The notes under the pieces are model-generated. The model was not told the origin of the DNA. It did no database searches and was given only the letters and a program-made list of their open reading frames with translations. A program made the translations under genes and the position numbers. Positions 11,600 through 25,052 of a stretch of 64,000 nt of DNA are shown piece after piece. Source of the DNA: Octopus bimaculoides (Eukaryota); contig NC_068987.1 in the NCBI RefSeq assembly GCF_001194135.2, positions 10,905,191-10,969,190 of the forward strand, read 5' to 3'. Positions within the stretch are counted from its first letter, which is position 1. Each line of letters starts with the position of its first letter.

Positions 11600-12195
11600 T
11601 ATCTTTTAATCTCTTATTGTTTTAGTCATTGGACTGCAACCTTGCTGGCACTTATTTTTTTCAAACCTGGTTCTTATTCTCTTGATCTCTTTTGCTGAAC
11701 TGCTAATTTATGAGGACATAAACAAAACAATACCTGTTGTCAAGTAGTGGTGAAGGACAAACACAAAAATAAGCACACACATGTGTGATGGGCTTCTTTA
11801 AGTTTCTTATTCCTTTCTTGCTCACAAGGGGCTAAACATAAAGGAGACAAACAAGGACAGACAAAGGGATTAAGTTGATTACATCGACCCCAGTGCGTAA
11901 CTGGTACTTAATTTATCGACCCCGAAAGGATGAAAGGCAAAGTCGACCTCGGTGGAATTTGAACTCAGAACGTAAAGATAGACGAAATACCGCTAAGCAT
12001 TTCGCCCGGCGTACTAACATTTCTGCCAGCTCGCCCCCTTCTTTCAGTTTCTGCCCACCAAATGCACTCACAAGGCATTGGTTGACCTGGAGCTTATAGT
12101 AGAAGACACTTGCCCAAGGTGCCACTCAGTGGAACTGAACCCAAAACTAGGTACTTGGGAAGTTAATTTCTTACCACACAACCACACTTGCACCT
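11600..12195 (-). mobile_element. Diverged family A SINE interrupted by SINE B1 (11808-12037)
   Basis: 15-bp TSD cttcttt(a/c)agtttct at 11793-11807 and 12038-12052. Confidence 0.9.
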
Positions 12196-13449
12196 AAAAT
12201 GTTAAAAATTTTTTTTTACTTGTCTAAATCTTTCTAAATTGCTGCCTTTCTCAGGTATTTTTATACCTGGATACATCCCTCTTTCAGTATCTTTAAGTTC
12301 ACTGTTACGACTTGGCCTTGCAGCCTGCCAGCTCTACTGAAGATAATTTTCAACCATACCCTTTCTGAGTCAATGATTCTAGCCTGCATAAACGTAGACT
12401 GCCTTCTATAGAAGTGTTTCTCTGATATCTATGAAAAGAGATTCTATCGAGATTATCTGCTCTAATAATTTTCTAAGAAGTCACCATGCCTGCTTGGCCT
12501 GATCCTGGGAAACTTCTTTCACGATGAAATAGCTAAGTGATGGCTTGAATAATTGTGGGTTCTTCCTGGTAATAAACAGATATATATATTTTTTTTTCTT
12601 TCTTTGACACTAGCTACTTGCATACAAAAATTTTCTTTTCAGTAAATCTGTGTTTGATCTGAAAGGAATTGCTATCAAAAGCGTAATTAATGCTTGCACA
12701 TCATTGAATCCACTATCTTAACTTTCTTTTATCATAAACACCCAGATATCTAAGTACATGAATGAATACATACACAAACATGTCTGCATAATTGGGCATG
12801 TATGTTAATTCTTTGTGTTCTACAACAGCTGAAAACAACTATGTATTTTTAAGGGGTAAATTGTAAGTATTTGTTTTCATAGTTGATATTTCAGACATAA
12901 AGAAAATTATCTTTAGAGCATTCTTTGGCATCATTATTAATTCTTTACGGTAAATAGGGTTTTTGTCTCATGAAAATGTTTTAGAAAAATAATGTCTATT
13001 GTTAATATTTATTCCCTACACCTATTTCTATAAAGTATAATTTGTGGGTTATTTTAGATTGTAGATTATATTAACTCTTAAATCCTTATAGTGCATATGT
13101 TTTATAACTCTTTGGCTCCTGATAGAAACTGGGGATTATATTTAGATGCAGTTGGTCCAGTATAAATCATGAAAAATAGTTACTGAGAGTCATTGTGAGT
13201 CAACAACTATTTAAATGTTTGCAAGACTCAACGAAAATTTTAAAAAACAATCAATAAGTAAATGAGTGGAAAGCAAATCGGTGAGTGTGTTAAATAATAA
13301 GGCACTAAAAGAGAACGACTCTCCCCAAACACAATAAAATATGCTTCAACACACAAGTTCACATAAAGAATTTTGCAAACCAAATACAAAGACGAAATTA
13401 ATATAACTGAATTCTATCAAAGGAAGGAAAAGAAAATCTGGAGAAGTTC

Positions 13450-13828
13450 ATTTACTCTTTTACTTGTTTCAGTCATTTGACTGCGGCCATGCTGGAGCAC
13501 CGTCTTTAGTCGAGCAAATCGACCCCAGGACTTATTCTTTGTAAGCCTAGTATTTATTCTATCAGTCTCTTTTGCCAAACCGCTAAGTTACGGGGACATA
13601 AACACACCATCATCGGTTGTCAAGTGATGTTGGGGGAACACAGACACACAAACATATACACACACATATATACATATATGTATATGATGGGCTTCTTTCA
13701 GTTTCCGTCTACCAAATCCACTCACAAGGCTTTGGTCGGCCCAAGGCTATAGCAGAAGATACTTGCCCAAGGGGCTACGCAGTGGGACTGAACCCGGAAC
13801 CAAGCTTACCACACAGCCACTCCTACGT
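13450..13828 (-). mobile_element. SINE family A with a small head deletion
   Basis: Colinear with 20123-20517. Confidence 0.9.
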
Positions 13829-14574
13829 CTATGTTTATCTTAGTTTTAACATCTTTATTTTGCGAGAGGCATTTTTTCTGAAATATAAGCAATTGAACCT
13901 GGACATACAAGACAGCAAATAGGAGGTTGATATATTCATAAAACTTTACCTGTTGTATTGATAACCACACCCTACTGCATAGCTTGAGACGCATCATTAT
14001 CACTTTCTACTTGAAAGCTTTCATCTTCAACTGATATCTTCTAGTCATCTTCTAGATATGTTTGATCAAACTCTCATTGATCTTGATCAGAATCTTTCAA
14101 ACTTTGCTGTATCTTATCATTTATTAATAATCTACACATTTGTCTTTTCTCCCCAGAAGTGTTTGTGTGCAGTGAACTTTACGGTTGAAAACATGAGGGG
14201 TGGGGAAAAATAAACTAAAAATAACAGTTAAAATAGTACTTATCTGTGAACAGACATTTATTTGTAAACTGCCTTAATTCTTCACTGATGACCTGTCTTT
14301 ATTCTGATTAGCTGATCTATTTTTAATTTGACCTTATTTTATCATGAAGTTTACCAATTCCTGCTCTGTTGGGAATTTAACTGAGCATTAAGTCTGTAAC
14401 TCCCAGCAAACTTGGAATATGGCTCAAATGGGTTTTGATTTGTTTAGACTGTGAGATGTTCATTATTATAGATTAAATATTTAAATCTTTTATGCCTTAA
14501 AAGTTCATTAATAAATTGATTAATAGCATTTAACTGTTTTTTACTTAATGAAAATAAAAATTATTTCCACTTTC

Positions 14575-15629
14575 GTTTTGCGTGTTTGTCCCCCAACATC
14601 GCTTGACAACCGATGCTGGTGTGCTTACGCGCCCGTAACTTAGTGGTTCGGTAAAAGAGAGCTGACAGAATAAGTACTAGGCTTACGAGTGGCTGTGTGG
14701 TAAGTAGCTTGCTTACCAACCACATGGTTCCAGGTTCAGTCCCACTGCGTGGCACCTTGGACATGTGTCTTCTACTATAGCCTCGGGCCGACCAAAGCCT
14801 TGTGAGTGGATTTGGTAGATGGAAACTGAAAGAAGCCCGTCGTATATCTGNNNNNNNNNNNNNNNNNNNNNNNNNNNNNNNNNNNNNNNNNNNNNNNNNN
14901 NNNNNNNNNNNNNNNNNNNNNNNNNNNNNNNNNNNNNNNNNNNNNNNNNNNNNNNNNNNNNNNNNNNNNNNNNNNNNNNNNNNNNNNNNNNNNNNNNNNN
15001 NNNNNNNNNNNNNNNNNNNNNNNNNNNNNNNNNNNNNNNNNNNNNNNNNNNNNNNNNNNNNNNNNNNNNNNNNNNNNNNNNNNNNNNNNNNNNNNNNNNN
15101 NNNNNNNNNNNNNNNNNNNNNNNNNNNNNNNNNNNNNNNNNNNNNNNNNNNNNNNNNNNNNNNNNNNNNNNNNNNNNNNNNNNNNNNNNNNNNNNNNNNN
15201 NNNNNNNNNNNNNNNNNNNNNNNNNNNNNNNNNNNNNNNNNNNNNNNNNNNNNNNNNNNNNNNNNNNNNNNNNNNNNNNNNNNNNNNNNNNNNNNNNNNN
15301 NNNNNNNNNNNNNNNNNNNNNNNNNNNNNNNNNNNNNNNNNNNNNNNNNNNNNNNNNNNNNNNNNNNNNNNNNNNNNNNNNGTGTGCTTACGTCCCCGTA
15401 ACTTAGCGGTTCGGCAAAAAAAAGAGACCCATAGAATAAGTACTAGGCTTCCAAAGAATAAGTCCTGGGGTCGATTTACTCGACTAAAGGCGGTGCTCCA
15501 GCATGGCCGCAGTCAAATGACTGAAACAAGTAAAAGAGTAAAAGAATAAGTCTTGGGGTCGATTTGCTTGACTAAAGGCGGTGCTCCAGCATGGCCGCAG
15601 TCAAATGACTGAAACAAGTAAAAGAGTAT
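14575..15629 (+). mobile_element. Family A SINE (14687-15540) nested in another family A SINE (14575-14686 plus 15541-15629)
   Basis: The host breaks at ggcttac and resumes at aaagaataag, which explains the doubled 88-bp tail. Confidence 0.85.
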
Positions 15630-16154
15630 CTAAGTATAATGAAAACTGGGTCAAATTTGAAAGCTTCTTGCTTCTTGCCTCCATAAATTGTCTGTATTTA
15701 TTCCGCTAGTGCTGGAAGAGAAACTCTTGCCTACATGCTAAATAACGTTTTGGTGAAATGCATTTGATAATAGCAACAAGCAGCACTACAATAGCCAGCC
15801 TTATTTTGGGAAAGTCAATTCCTGATTGCATTCTTCTTCTGCTTTAGTTTTCGCTGTGTGTAGTGATAGCTGATGCCATGTATAGGCTGACTATAAAATT
15901 CCCAAGACTTTGGAGATTTGGAATAAGAATCTTATGACTGCTAATTATATTCCTCTTTGCCATTGAATGAAATTCTCTGTGTGGCCCTTTTATACATTAA
16001 TCTGATAATTACTTCTTCATTCCTTTAATCTACGACTATCTTGCAAGTTTTTCATTTAATCAAATTTATCAAAATAATAATAATAATAATAACAATAATA
16101 AAAAAAATTTGAAATATTCATTGGTTACAAAAGTGTTTTGACTCTACAAATAGT

Positions 16155-16525
16155 TTGTTGTTGGCACTCTGTCGCTTATGACGTCGAGGGTTCCAGTTGA
16201 TCCGATCAACGGAAAAGCCTGCTTGTGAAATTAACGTGTAAGTGGCTGAGCACTCCACAGACATGTGTACCCTTAACGTAGTTTTCGGGGATATTCAGCG
16301 TGACACAGTGTGACAAGGCTGACCCTTTGAATTACAGGCACAACAGAAACAGGAAGAAAGAGTGAGAAAAAGTACAGCAGGGTTTGCCACCATCCCCTGC
16401 CGGAGTCTCATGGAGCTTTAGGTGTTTTTGCTCAATAAACACTCACAACGCCCGGTCTGGGAATCGAAACCGTGATCCTATGACCGCGAGTCCACTGCCC
16501 TAACCACTGGGCCATTGCGCCTCCA
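16155..16525 (-). mobile_element. SINE family E, full length
   Basis: 13-bp TSD ctctacaaatagt at 16142-16154 and 16526-16538. Confidence 0.93.
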
Positions 16526-17138
16526 CTCTACAAATAGTAGACAAAAATGAAAAACATTGTTAACATTTTATTCTTCTGTAAAATTTTGTCTATTATCTCT
16601 CTCGCAATATAAGCTCTATTTTTCTTTTTTTTTTTGTTTTTAAATTCAATTTTTCAATATCAGTTGTCTTTTATCTTTTGCTTGTTTCAGTCATTAGACT
16701 GTGGCCGTGCTGGAGCACTGTCTTGAAGGGTTTTAATTGAACAAATCAACCTCAGGATTTTTTTGTTTTTTTTTGTTTTTTAAAGTCTGGTACTTATTCT
16801 ATCTCTGTCTTTTGGCGAATTGCTAAGTTACAGGGACGTAAACACACCAACAGAAATCGTCCAATAATTGCCATTTGAAGGGAAATGTTGTTTTCACTAT
16901 AAAACACATATTGCTAGGTTTGTCCCACCCCATTGAGCCCCAACTACACTCTAGCTGAAAAATATAGAATACCTCACAAGTAATATAAAGGTAGCGTTAA
17001 TTAAGATGTTACCTGTTATTTAGTGTCTTAAACTTATCTTTATTAATGCATATCGAATTATACATGGATATATACAAGATTTACACGGGTATAAGAGTTA
17101 GAACTTGTGATCTGCCTGCGAACCTTTTTCTTACGGAA

Positions 17139-17187
<49 letters not shown>

Positions 17188-17907
17188 NNNNNNNNNNNNN
17201 NNNNNNNNNNNNNNNNNNNNNNNNNNNNNNNNNNNNNNNNNNNNNNNNNNNNNNNNNNNNNNNNNNNNNNNNNNNNNNNNNNNNNNNNNNNNNNNNNNNN
17301 NNNNNNNNNNNNNNNNNNNNNNNNNNNNNNNNNNNNNNNNNNNNNNNNNNNNNNNNNNNNNNNNNNNNNNNNNNNNNNNNNNNNNNNNNNNNNNNNNNNN
17401 NNNNNNNNNNNNNNNNNNNNNNNNNNNNNNNNNNNNNNNNNNNNNNNNNNNNNNNNNNNNNNNNNNNNNNNNNNNNNNNNNNNNNNNNNNNNNNNNNNNN
17501 NNNNNNNNNNNNNNNNNNNNNNNNNNNNNNNNNNNNNNNNNNNNNNNNNNNNNNNNNNNNNNNNNNNNNNNNNNNNNNNNNNNNNNNNNNNNNNNNNNNN
17601 NNNNNNNNNNNNNNNNNNNNNNNNNNNNNNNNNNNNNNNNNNNNNNNNNNNNNNNNNNNNNNNNNNNNNNNNNNNNNNNNNNNNNNNNNNNNNNNNNNNN
17701 NNNNNNNNNNNNNNNNNNNNNNNNNNNNNNNNNNNNNNNNNNNNNNNNNNNNNNNNNNNNNNNNNNNNNNNNNNNNNNNNNNNNNNNNNNNNNNNNNNNN
17801 NNNNNNNNNNNNNNNNNNNNNNNNNNNNNNNNNNNNNNNNNNNNNNNNNNNNNNNNATGTATGTATATATGTGCCTCTCTCTCTCTCTTTCTCTCTCTCT
17901 CTTTCCC

Positions 17908-17943
<36 letters not shown>

Positions 17944-18499
17944 CATACTGATTTATTATATTGTATTATTCTGATTGTTAAAGCTCATATATTATGACTG
18001 CAACAGAATCGATAATTATATTTATTTAAATTACAATTCTATTTCTTATAAAGCCAGTTCGCTTGTCACTTAGAGCTTAAATTCTTATTTATTTCATTTC
18101 CGTTTTTTGTCTTTTTTTTTTTTGTTCTAAAATTTTCTGACAACATATTCCTTCTAGAATTTAAATCATTTCCCATAGTTGTGCATTTCCTTCAATTTGT
18201 GCCAGTGATGGACCATGTATGCATTTGCTCAGCATGCTAGAAATAGCAACCAAATCTTGCTCAGTCATATATATGACTGTCTTAAAAGAAAAGAAGGGTG
18301 AAATGCACTTTAGACAATGTGGTCCCAAGTATTATCATACCTGGAAATAAAATCCTGTTCATCATAGATCTACCTGAGCAAGACTTACCTGCAGCTAAGA
18401 AAAACAATAATAGTTGGAACTAGTATTGTCAGTTAGTATGAATGAAAATGTGTAAGAGAGAAGACTTTGTTGCTATGGTTATGTCATGAAGACAGTGCA

Positions 18500-18636
18500 T
18501 CAAGAAATGCTGAAGTCTAACTGTGGAGGGGATGTGTGGAAAGGGTAGACCTAGAAAGATGTGGGACAAGGGATCTTCAGATGTTGGGCCTTACAGAGGA
18601 GATGACAAAGGTCTGAAACTTCTGGTGGTTTGCTGT
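18500..18636 (+). pseudogene. Decayed RTE ORF2 C-terminus
   Basis: SLTVEGMCGKGRPRKMWDK and DLQMLGLTEEMTK parallel the 1750-1916 peptide. Confidence 0.75.
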
Positions 18637-18692
18637 ATAAGATATTATAATTTTCCTTATATAATATATTATATAATGTCAAGATATGGGTA

Positions 18693-18754
<62 letters not shown>

Positions 18755-19282
18755 ATGGGCCTCTTTCAGTTTCCATCTACCAAATCCACTCACAGAGTTT
18801 TGGTCAGCCTGGGGCTATAATAGAAGATATTTGATCAAGGTGCCACATGTGGGACTGAACCCAAAATTACATGACTGGAAAACAAGCTTCTTAATAACAT
18901 CACAACCATATCTACAGGGTGTCCACAAAGTCTGGCTACATGGAGTAAATAAAATCATAACATAAACAATTAAATATAAGAAATAGTAATTTCTTAAAGT
19001 ATGTGTTAATCCCCATGTAGGTACATGGAGTAAATAAAATCATAACATAAACAATTAAATATAAGGAATAATAATTTCTTAAAGTATGTGTTAATCCCCA
19101 TGTACCCAGACTTTGTGGACATCTTGTATATCTACTACGAAATATTACAATATATTATAAAACCAAAATTACATTATATTATATTATAAAATATTATAAT
19201 ATATTATAAAATATTATAATATATTATAAAATATTATAATATATTATAAATATATTATATAAGGAAAATTATAATATCTTAT
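18637..19282. mobile_element. AT-rich foldback element with perfect 32-bp inverted ends and nested insertions
   Basis: 18637-18668 ataagatattataattttccttatataatata is the exact reverse complement of 19251-19282. Confidence 0.65.
18915..19126. mobile_element. Tc1/mariner-type MITE with an internal 85-bp tandem duplication
   Basis: TIRs cagggtgtccacaaagtctgg / ccagactttgtggacatcttg, TA on both flanks; monomeric relative at 29182-29308. Confidence 0.85.
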
Positions 19283-20122
19283 GCAAACAAAATTTTGTTA
19301 ACATTGTAATGGAAGCAATAATGTTCATACTCAAATGAGAATACATAACTAACAAAAAAAGATGTCACTAATCCTGTATACATTTGGATGGAACTAAATC
19401 TGATGACAAAGATGAAGAATTTGTGATGACATTGTCAACAGTATTACACAATATTGAAAAAAAGACCTAGTTTATCCTTCAATCTCCTCCTTAAGCAGAA
19501 TTTCAAACTGCATATTAGCTGGTAGTTTTCAAACTTAAGTCTACTCAGCACCGAGCTGCATTTATCGTGATGTCATATTCCTACATTTTTATCTTAAACT
19601 GAATGACATTTTTGACAATAACAGAGTGAAAACAAACACGTAAGCATGAAAAAAAAAAGGAAATAACGAACAAAAAAACAAAAAAAAGTGAGGAACTCAC
19701 AGATAAAAGGGGAGTGAAAAAAAATAAATGTTGACAAGTTTAATAAAATACAATCAGCAGATAACCCCCGTGAAAACTATAAAGATTAAAACAAACAATA
19801 AATGCATTTTACTCTGAAAAATTCCGTGAAGAGCTTTCAAGCCAAGTTACATAACAAAACTACAAAACTATAAATTCTGTCAACTTATTGTAAATACAAT
19901 TCAGGCCATAACTTATGGCATGCATGGGCAACCTGCGGCCCTCAATGAGTTTCTTGGTTACTAATTTGCAGCATGACCTAAGAGTAGTGACATCTCAAAT
20001 TCTACCTAATATTGAAAATATGGTAAAGAGTGTGAATGGGCTAAAATCTCATTGATACAAATAATGAAATTTGTACTTTAATAAAATATCGATTAATTTT
20101 CTTTCTTTTTTTTTTTTACCTA

Positions 20123-20517
20123 CTTTTTTACTCTTTTACTTGTTTCAGTCATTTGACTGCGGCCATGCTGGAGCACTGCCTTTAGTCGAGCAAATCGACC
20201 CCCAGGACTTATTCTTTGGAAACCTAGTACTTATTCTATCGGTCTCTTTTGCCAAACCACTAAGTTACAGAGACGTAAACACACCAGCATCGGTTGTCAA
20301 GCGATGTTGGGGGGACAAATACAGACACACACACATACATATATATACATATATATATGACGGGCTCCTTTCAGTTTCCGTCTACCAAATCCATTCACAA
20401 GACTTTGGTCAGCCCGAGGCTATAGCAGAAGACACTTACCGAAGGTGCCACGCAGTGGGACTGAACCTGGAACCATGTGGTTGGTAAGCAAGCTACTTAC
20501 CACACAGCCACTCCCGC
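20123..20517 (-). mobile_element. SINE family A, full length
   Basis: Complete head, microsatellite spacer and tail. Confidence 0.92.
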
Positions 20518-21039
20518 GCCTCAATATTTTAAACTATAATTTATTTACAGTAGTACACATCAATTTATCTGTCTGTCAATCCATCCATCCATCTGTGTGT
20601 GTGTGTGTGAACAAACAGCAGGCTTCCACATAGTTTCCATAATTTGCTCACAAGGCATGGATTAGCCCCGGGCTATAGTAGAAGACACTTGCCCAAGGTG
20701 TCAGGCAGTGGGTCTGAACCTGGAACCATGTGGTTGGTAAGCAAGCTGACACCAGAAGGACAAAAGTTTTAGTTAACTCCAAAAGGATTTGAACTCTGAC
20801 CAGTGAGGTACCAGCTGCCATTATGAACTGTATATTCAGGTATTCAGAAGTCTTGGCTTCTTTCCACGGTGTTCTTCATTAACCGTGTATAGTGAGAAAG
20901 TAGCAATGAGTTGTTGAATGCTGGTTTAATGAACACATCATGCTGGTTTTCTTCGTTTAAATGAAAAGTTGCTTAATTGTGGATAATGATCATATTAATT
21001 GAGTCGATCGGCAAAACAAGAAATTTAACGTCATGTCAA

Positions 21040-21235
21040 GTAACTGAAGTGAAAGTCAAGATTACAGTTATAGGCATGCAAACATTCACACATACACACA
21101 CACACACACACACAAACAGATATACATATATGCATACAAATATGTATGCATATATATACACACACATACACGCATATATACACATATATATATAAGATGT
21201 ATATATACATACATATGAATATATATATGTGTGTG

Positions 21236-21266
<31 letters not shown>

Positions 21267-21385
21267 ATACATGTAGATATATATGTGTATATATATATAT
21301 AGATGTATATGTATATATATATGTATATGTGTGTGTGCATATATATATATATATACACACATGCACTCACATATATATACATGCA

Positions 21386-21445
<60 letters not shown>

Positions 21446-21482
21446 CACATGCACTCACATATATATACATGCACACACACAC

Positions 21483-21513
<31 letters not shown>

Positions 21514-21518
21514 CACAT

Positions 21519-21602
<84 letters not shown>

Positions 21603-21615
21603 GTATATATGCATT
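21040..21615. repeat. Compound (CA)/(TA) microsatellite with higher-order repeats
   Basis: Recurring acacatgcactcacatatatatacatgcacacac blocks. Confidence 0.95.
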
Positions 21616-22111
21616 CATTCAGTGTATAGGACAAATTGGTTGACTAATTAAAAATCATAAACTTTGATCTTTGTAAGCTCAATGTTTCACATAGTGATAA
21701 ATTAGCCTTTAGATGAACATAAAAAAAGAAAATCAAGAAGAAAGCTGAAACATTACTGAATGCACTGCTTACTATATTTACCATTGAGCAATTAGCCAAC
21801 TTGGTGGAATATAGTGAGAAAATATTTATAAATCTTATTATGTGGATAATGAATCTCATATGTGAGGCTGGTTATCAAAAACTAAATAATAACCGCATAA
21901 TTATTACTTAAGTCCTTTGTTCTCTAATGAGCGTAGGTGTTTGATGATTTATCTCCCCTTAGTACAGTTCTAGTTCTTGACTCTGAACTAAGATCTCCCT
22001 TTTTTTTTTTTGTTTTTCTTGGTAACTTTCTCTGTGAAACAAATAACTTGGTTGTATATGACAATGTTGCTCTTTCCAACCATCGAATGATGTCAAGCTA
22101 AGGGTACCTAC

Positions 22112-22533
22112 CAGGGCCGTGGAGCTGGAGTCAGAGTCGTGAAGTCAGAATTAGAGTCATGGATTGGAGTCAGAGTTGTGGAGTCAGAATTAGAGTCATG
22201 GATTTAGAGTCAGTCGTGGAGTCGGAGTCGGAAACAATTAAGGGGTAGCTGGAATCGGAGTCAGTAAAACTCAGACTCTGACTCACAGTATCTTTATTCT
22301 TTAATATAAACCAGTTATAACATATAGGCCTACTCAAAATACAAGCATATGCATATGCTTTATGAGATATGTAGACCACAATCACTTTAATTACATAAAG
22401 AGGAGTCAGAGTCAGAGGTACCAATAGTAGATGAGTCAGAGTTGGAGGTACCAATAGTAGATGAGTCAGAGTCGGAGGTACCAATAGTAGATGAGTCAGA
22501 GTCAAAGTTTTTTGTTTCGACTCCACAGCCCTG
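22112..22533. mobile_element. hAT-type non-autonomous element rich in GAGTC repeats
   Basis: TIR cagggccgtggag / ctccacagccctg; 8-bp flanks gtacctac and gtacatac (7/8 match); internal 30-bp unit x3. Confidence 0.8.
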
Positions 22534-24073
22534 GTACATACAGGAACACACACATATACATGACTGGTTTCTTTCAATTTCCATCTACCAAATCCACTCA
22601 TAAAGTTTTGATCAGCCTGGGGCTCAAATAGAAGACTCTTGATCAAGGTACCACATGTGGGACTGAACTCGCTTTAAATTGTCATTGATACTTTGGTAAC
22701 TTTGCTTTTCTCATAGTGGAGGTGCTGGCCCTTCAAAAAACCCATTTTTATCTCTGGGAAAGGGTGATCCATATTAGTCTTTCCCCTGTCCTTTGAGTTG
22801 TCCTGCATGGAAGCTTGTGCTCTTCAGGTCACTGATGCACAAGGGCAACCACAACACAGCTGGACCTTGTGGTGGATATCCTATTAATCTTATCTCTGTC
22901 CTTTGAGCTGTCCAGCGCAGAGGTCCATGCCAAGAGCTTGTGCTTTGCTCACATAGCTCTCAGGTTCACCAGGGCACACAAACCATCACACCACAACTGG
23001 ACCCTATGGTGGTTATCTCCATTTTGGTCCTATAAAATAAGCCTGGGCTTATGATAATGCATCCCTGATCTCAACTTATAGAAATTAAGTCCCTTTTGTG
23101 CTCATGTGTGCATTAAACTTTTAGTTCTAAAATAGGACATTGCAAAGAAAGTTACCATCATGATACAGGATTAACCATCAACTTACAACAGACTCAAAAT
23201 TCATGTGTGAGAATGGCTAGTCATAGAAAATGATTGGTGTTTAACGTAGAGTTAATCTCGATGTATGACATGACAGAAAAGGCTCTGAAGTATGTTTGTA
23301 TTATGCAAAACATGCTGCTTAGCCTATCAATGATTAATACAGACTAATCATCTGCTTATTGCAGAGCTGTTATAATATAAAGGGAGACATCGAGTGTATC
23401 TGGTGAGTTGATCTGCAATATGTGTTCAGACAGCCTGCTTGAGTGTAGGTACTATAGATGTCCTTCAGAATACTGTTGTTGGTGTTTGGTACTGAGCCAG
23501 TCCTTAATTGAGCAAACCTATATAATGTAAAGTGGTTGGCTTTTGGAAGGGCATCCAGCTGTAAAAATCATACCAAAACTGACCACGCCTGTTCTAGTGC
23601 AATGTAAAAAGTACCGAGTCTGCTCTCTGGAGTGGTTGGTGTTAGGAAGAGCATCCAGCTGTAAAAATTACTGCCAAAACCGATAGAATAGCATAGGGTA
23701 GTTTTTCTACCTGGCTAGCTCCTGTGAACCGTCCTACCCATGCATGCATGGAAGATGGATGTTAAACAATGATGATGATGATACTATGGCAAAGATGATA
23801 TGAGGGGAATATAGTTGAGATGGCTGAGGATGAGATATTGGAACTGCCTGTTGACAGGTTTCTGAGAAGAGTACTTTGTATTGAATCCCATTTGTCTTTG
23901 TTCGCCGTAACTATTGAGAATAAGTATCAGGTCATCTAGTGCGATTTATTCCTCATCTACTTCAGGCCATAATAAGTTTTGTTGAGCTTCTGAGGCATTA
24001 CATCTCTTTTGCCCCCCTTATTAAAGGACCATGAGAAATCACCAGTAATCGTGTTAAGAAAAATAACAATTTT

Positions 24074-24230
24074 CATCATCATCATCATCATCATGACCTG
24101 GTCAAGCTTGCTTGGACACTTTTTTAACTTGCGTATGCCATCCATCAGTCCTGCATTAGCTGAGGGAGGTCTTCTGGGCGGCATCCAGTCTCTCTGGTCA
24201 TTTGATCTACATACATTGTGTCCAGACAAC
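24074..24230 (-). mobile_element. Decayed RTE-type 3' end with (GAT)n tail
   Basis: Minus peptide RDWMPPRRPPS...MDGIRKL running directly into (GAT)n. Confidence 0.5.
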
Positions 24231-24977
24231 CTGTTTGAGTATAGGTACTATAAATGTCTTTTAGGATATTGTTGTTGGTGTTTGGCCCTTAGCCAGTCCT
24301 TAATTGAGCAAACCTATAATGGAATCAATTCAAATCCTAACCATCCTCTTTCTTTTGTGTTGCTTTGGCACAGCCCTTTTGGCACCACTGATGCTGACTT
24401 GTTTGACATAAGACGTTTTTAATGTTACTCTTGTTTCTTTTTTTCCTTTCCTCTCTTTCTCTCTGTTTATGTGTCTGAGCATATTTCTGTTCATGTGTAT
24501 GAAGAGACGGAAGGTTTTTTTTTCTTTTATCAGTTGTGTTCAATTAATAATTCCGAATTATTTTCATTCTGTAAAGCAATTTTAATAAATTGTCTTTTTA
24601 ATTCATCAATTTACAATTGTTTCGGGAAGAAAAGACAAAAAGAAAAAAAAAACAGCGTTAAAAGAATATAAAGTTAAACTATCAAGAACAAAACCCAGAA
24701 TTCAGTGAGAAAAGAAAGAAAAAAATAAGGGAGTGGATTAAGCAACAAAAGATGGTAGGGGGTGGGAGCGATTGCACAACCCAGTCGAAATGGTGTGTTC
24801 AGCTATGCCCTGCAGACATAACTGGAAGGGCATTGCTGTGGAGAATGGCCAGCAACACTTGCTGCAACAACCACCCCATCATATGTGGTTCACTTCTCAG
24901 ATGAATGTCTGTTATTCTGATTTTCTTGAGGAGATCAGCAATGAGAGATCAAAGAACACTTGAAATCTTGATGGCAG

Positions 24978-25052
<75 letters not shown>

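Noticed and set aside
13955-14120. Acidic stop-interrupted minus frame (DSDQDQ*EFDQTYLEDD*KISVEDESFQVESDND)
   Set aside because: It could be a decayed transposase N-terminus or an exon, but two stops and no diagnostic motif leave it unassignable.
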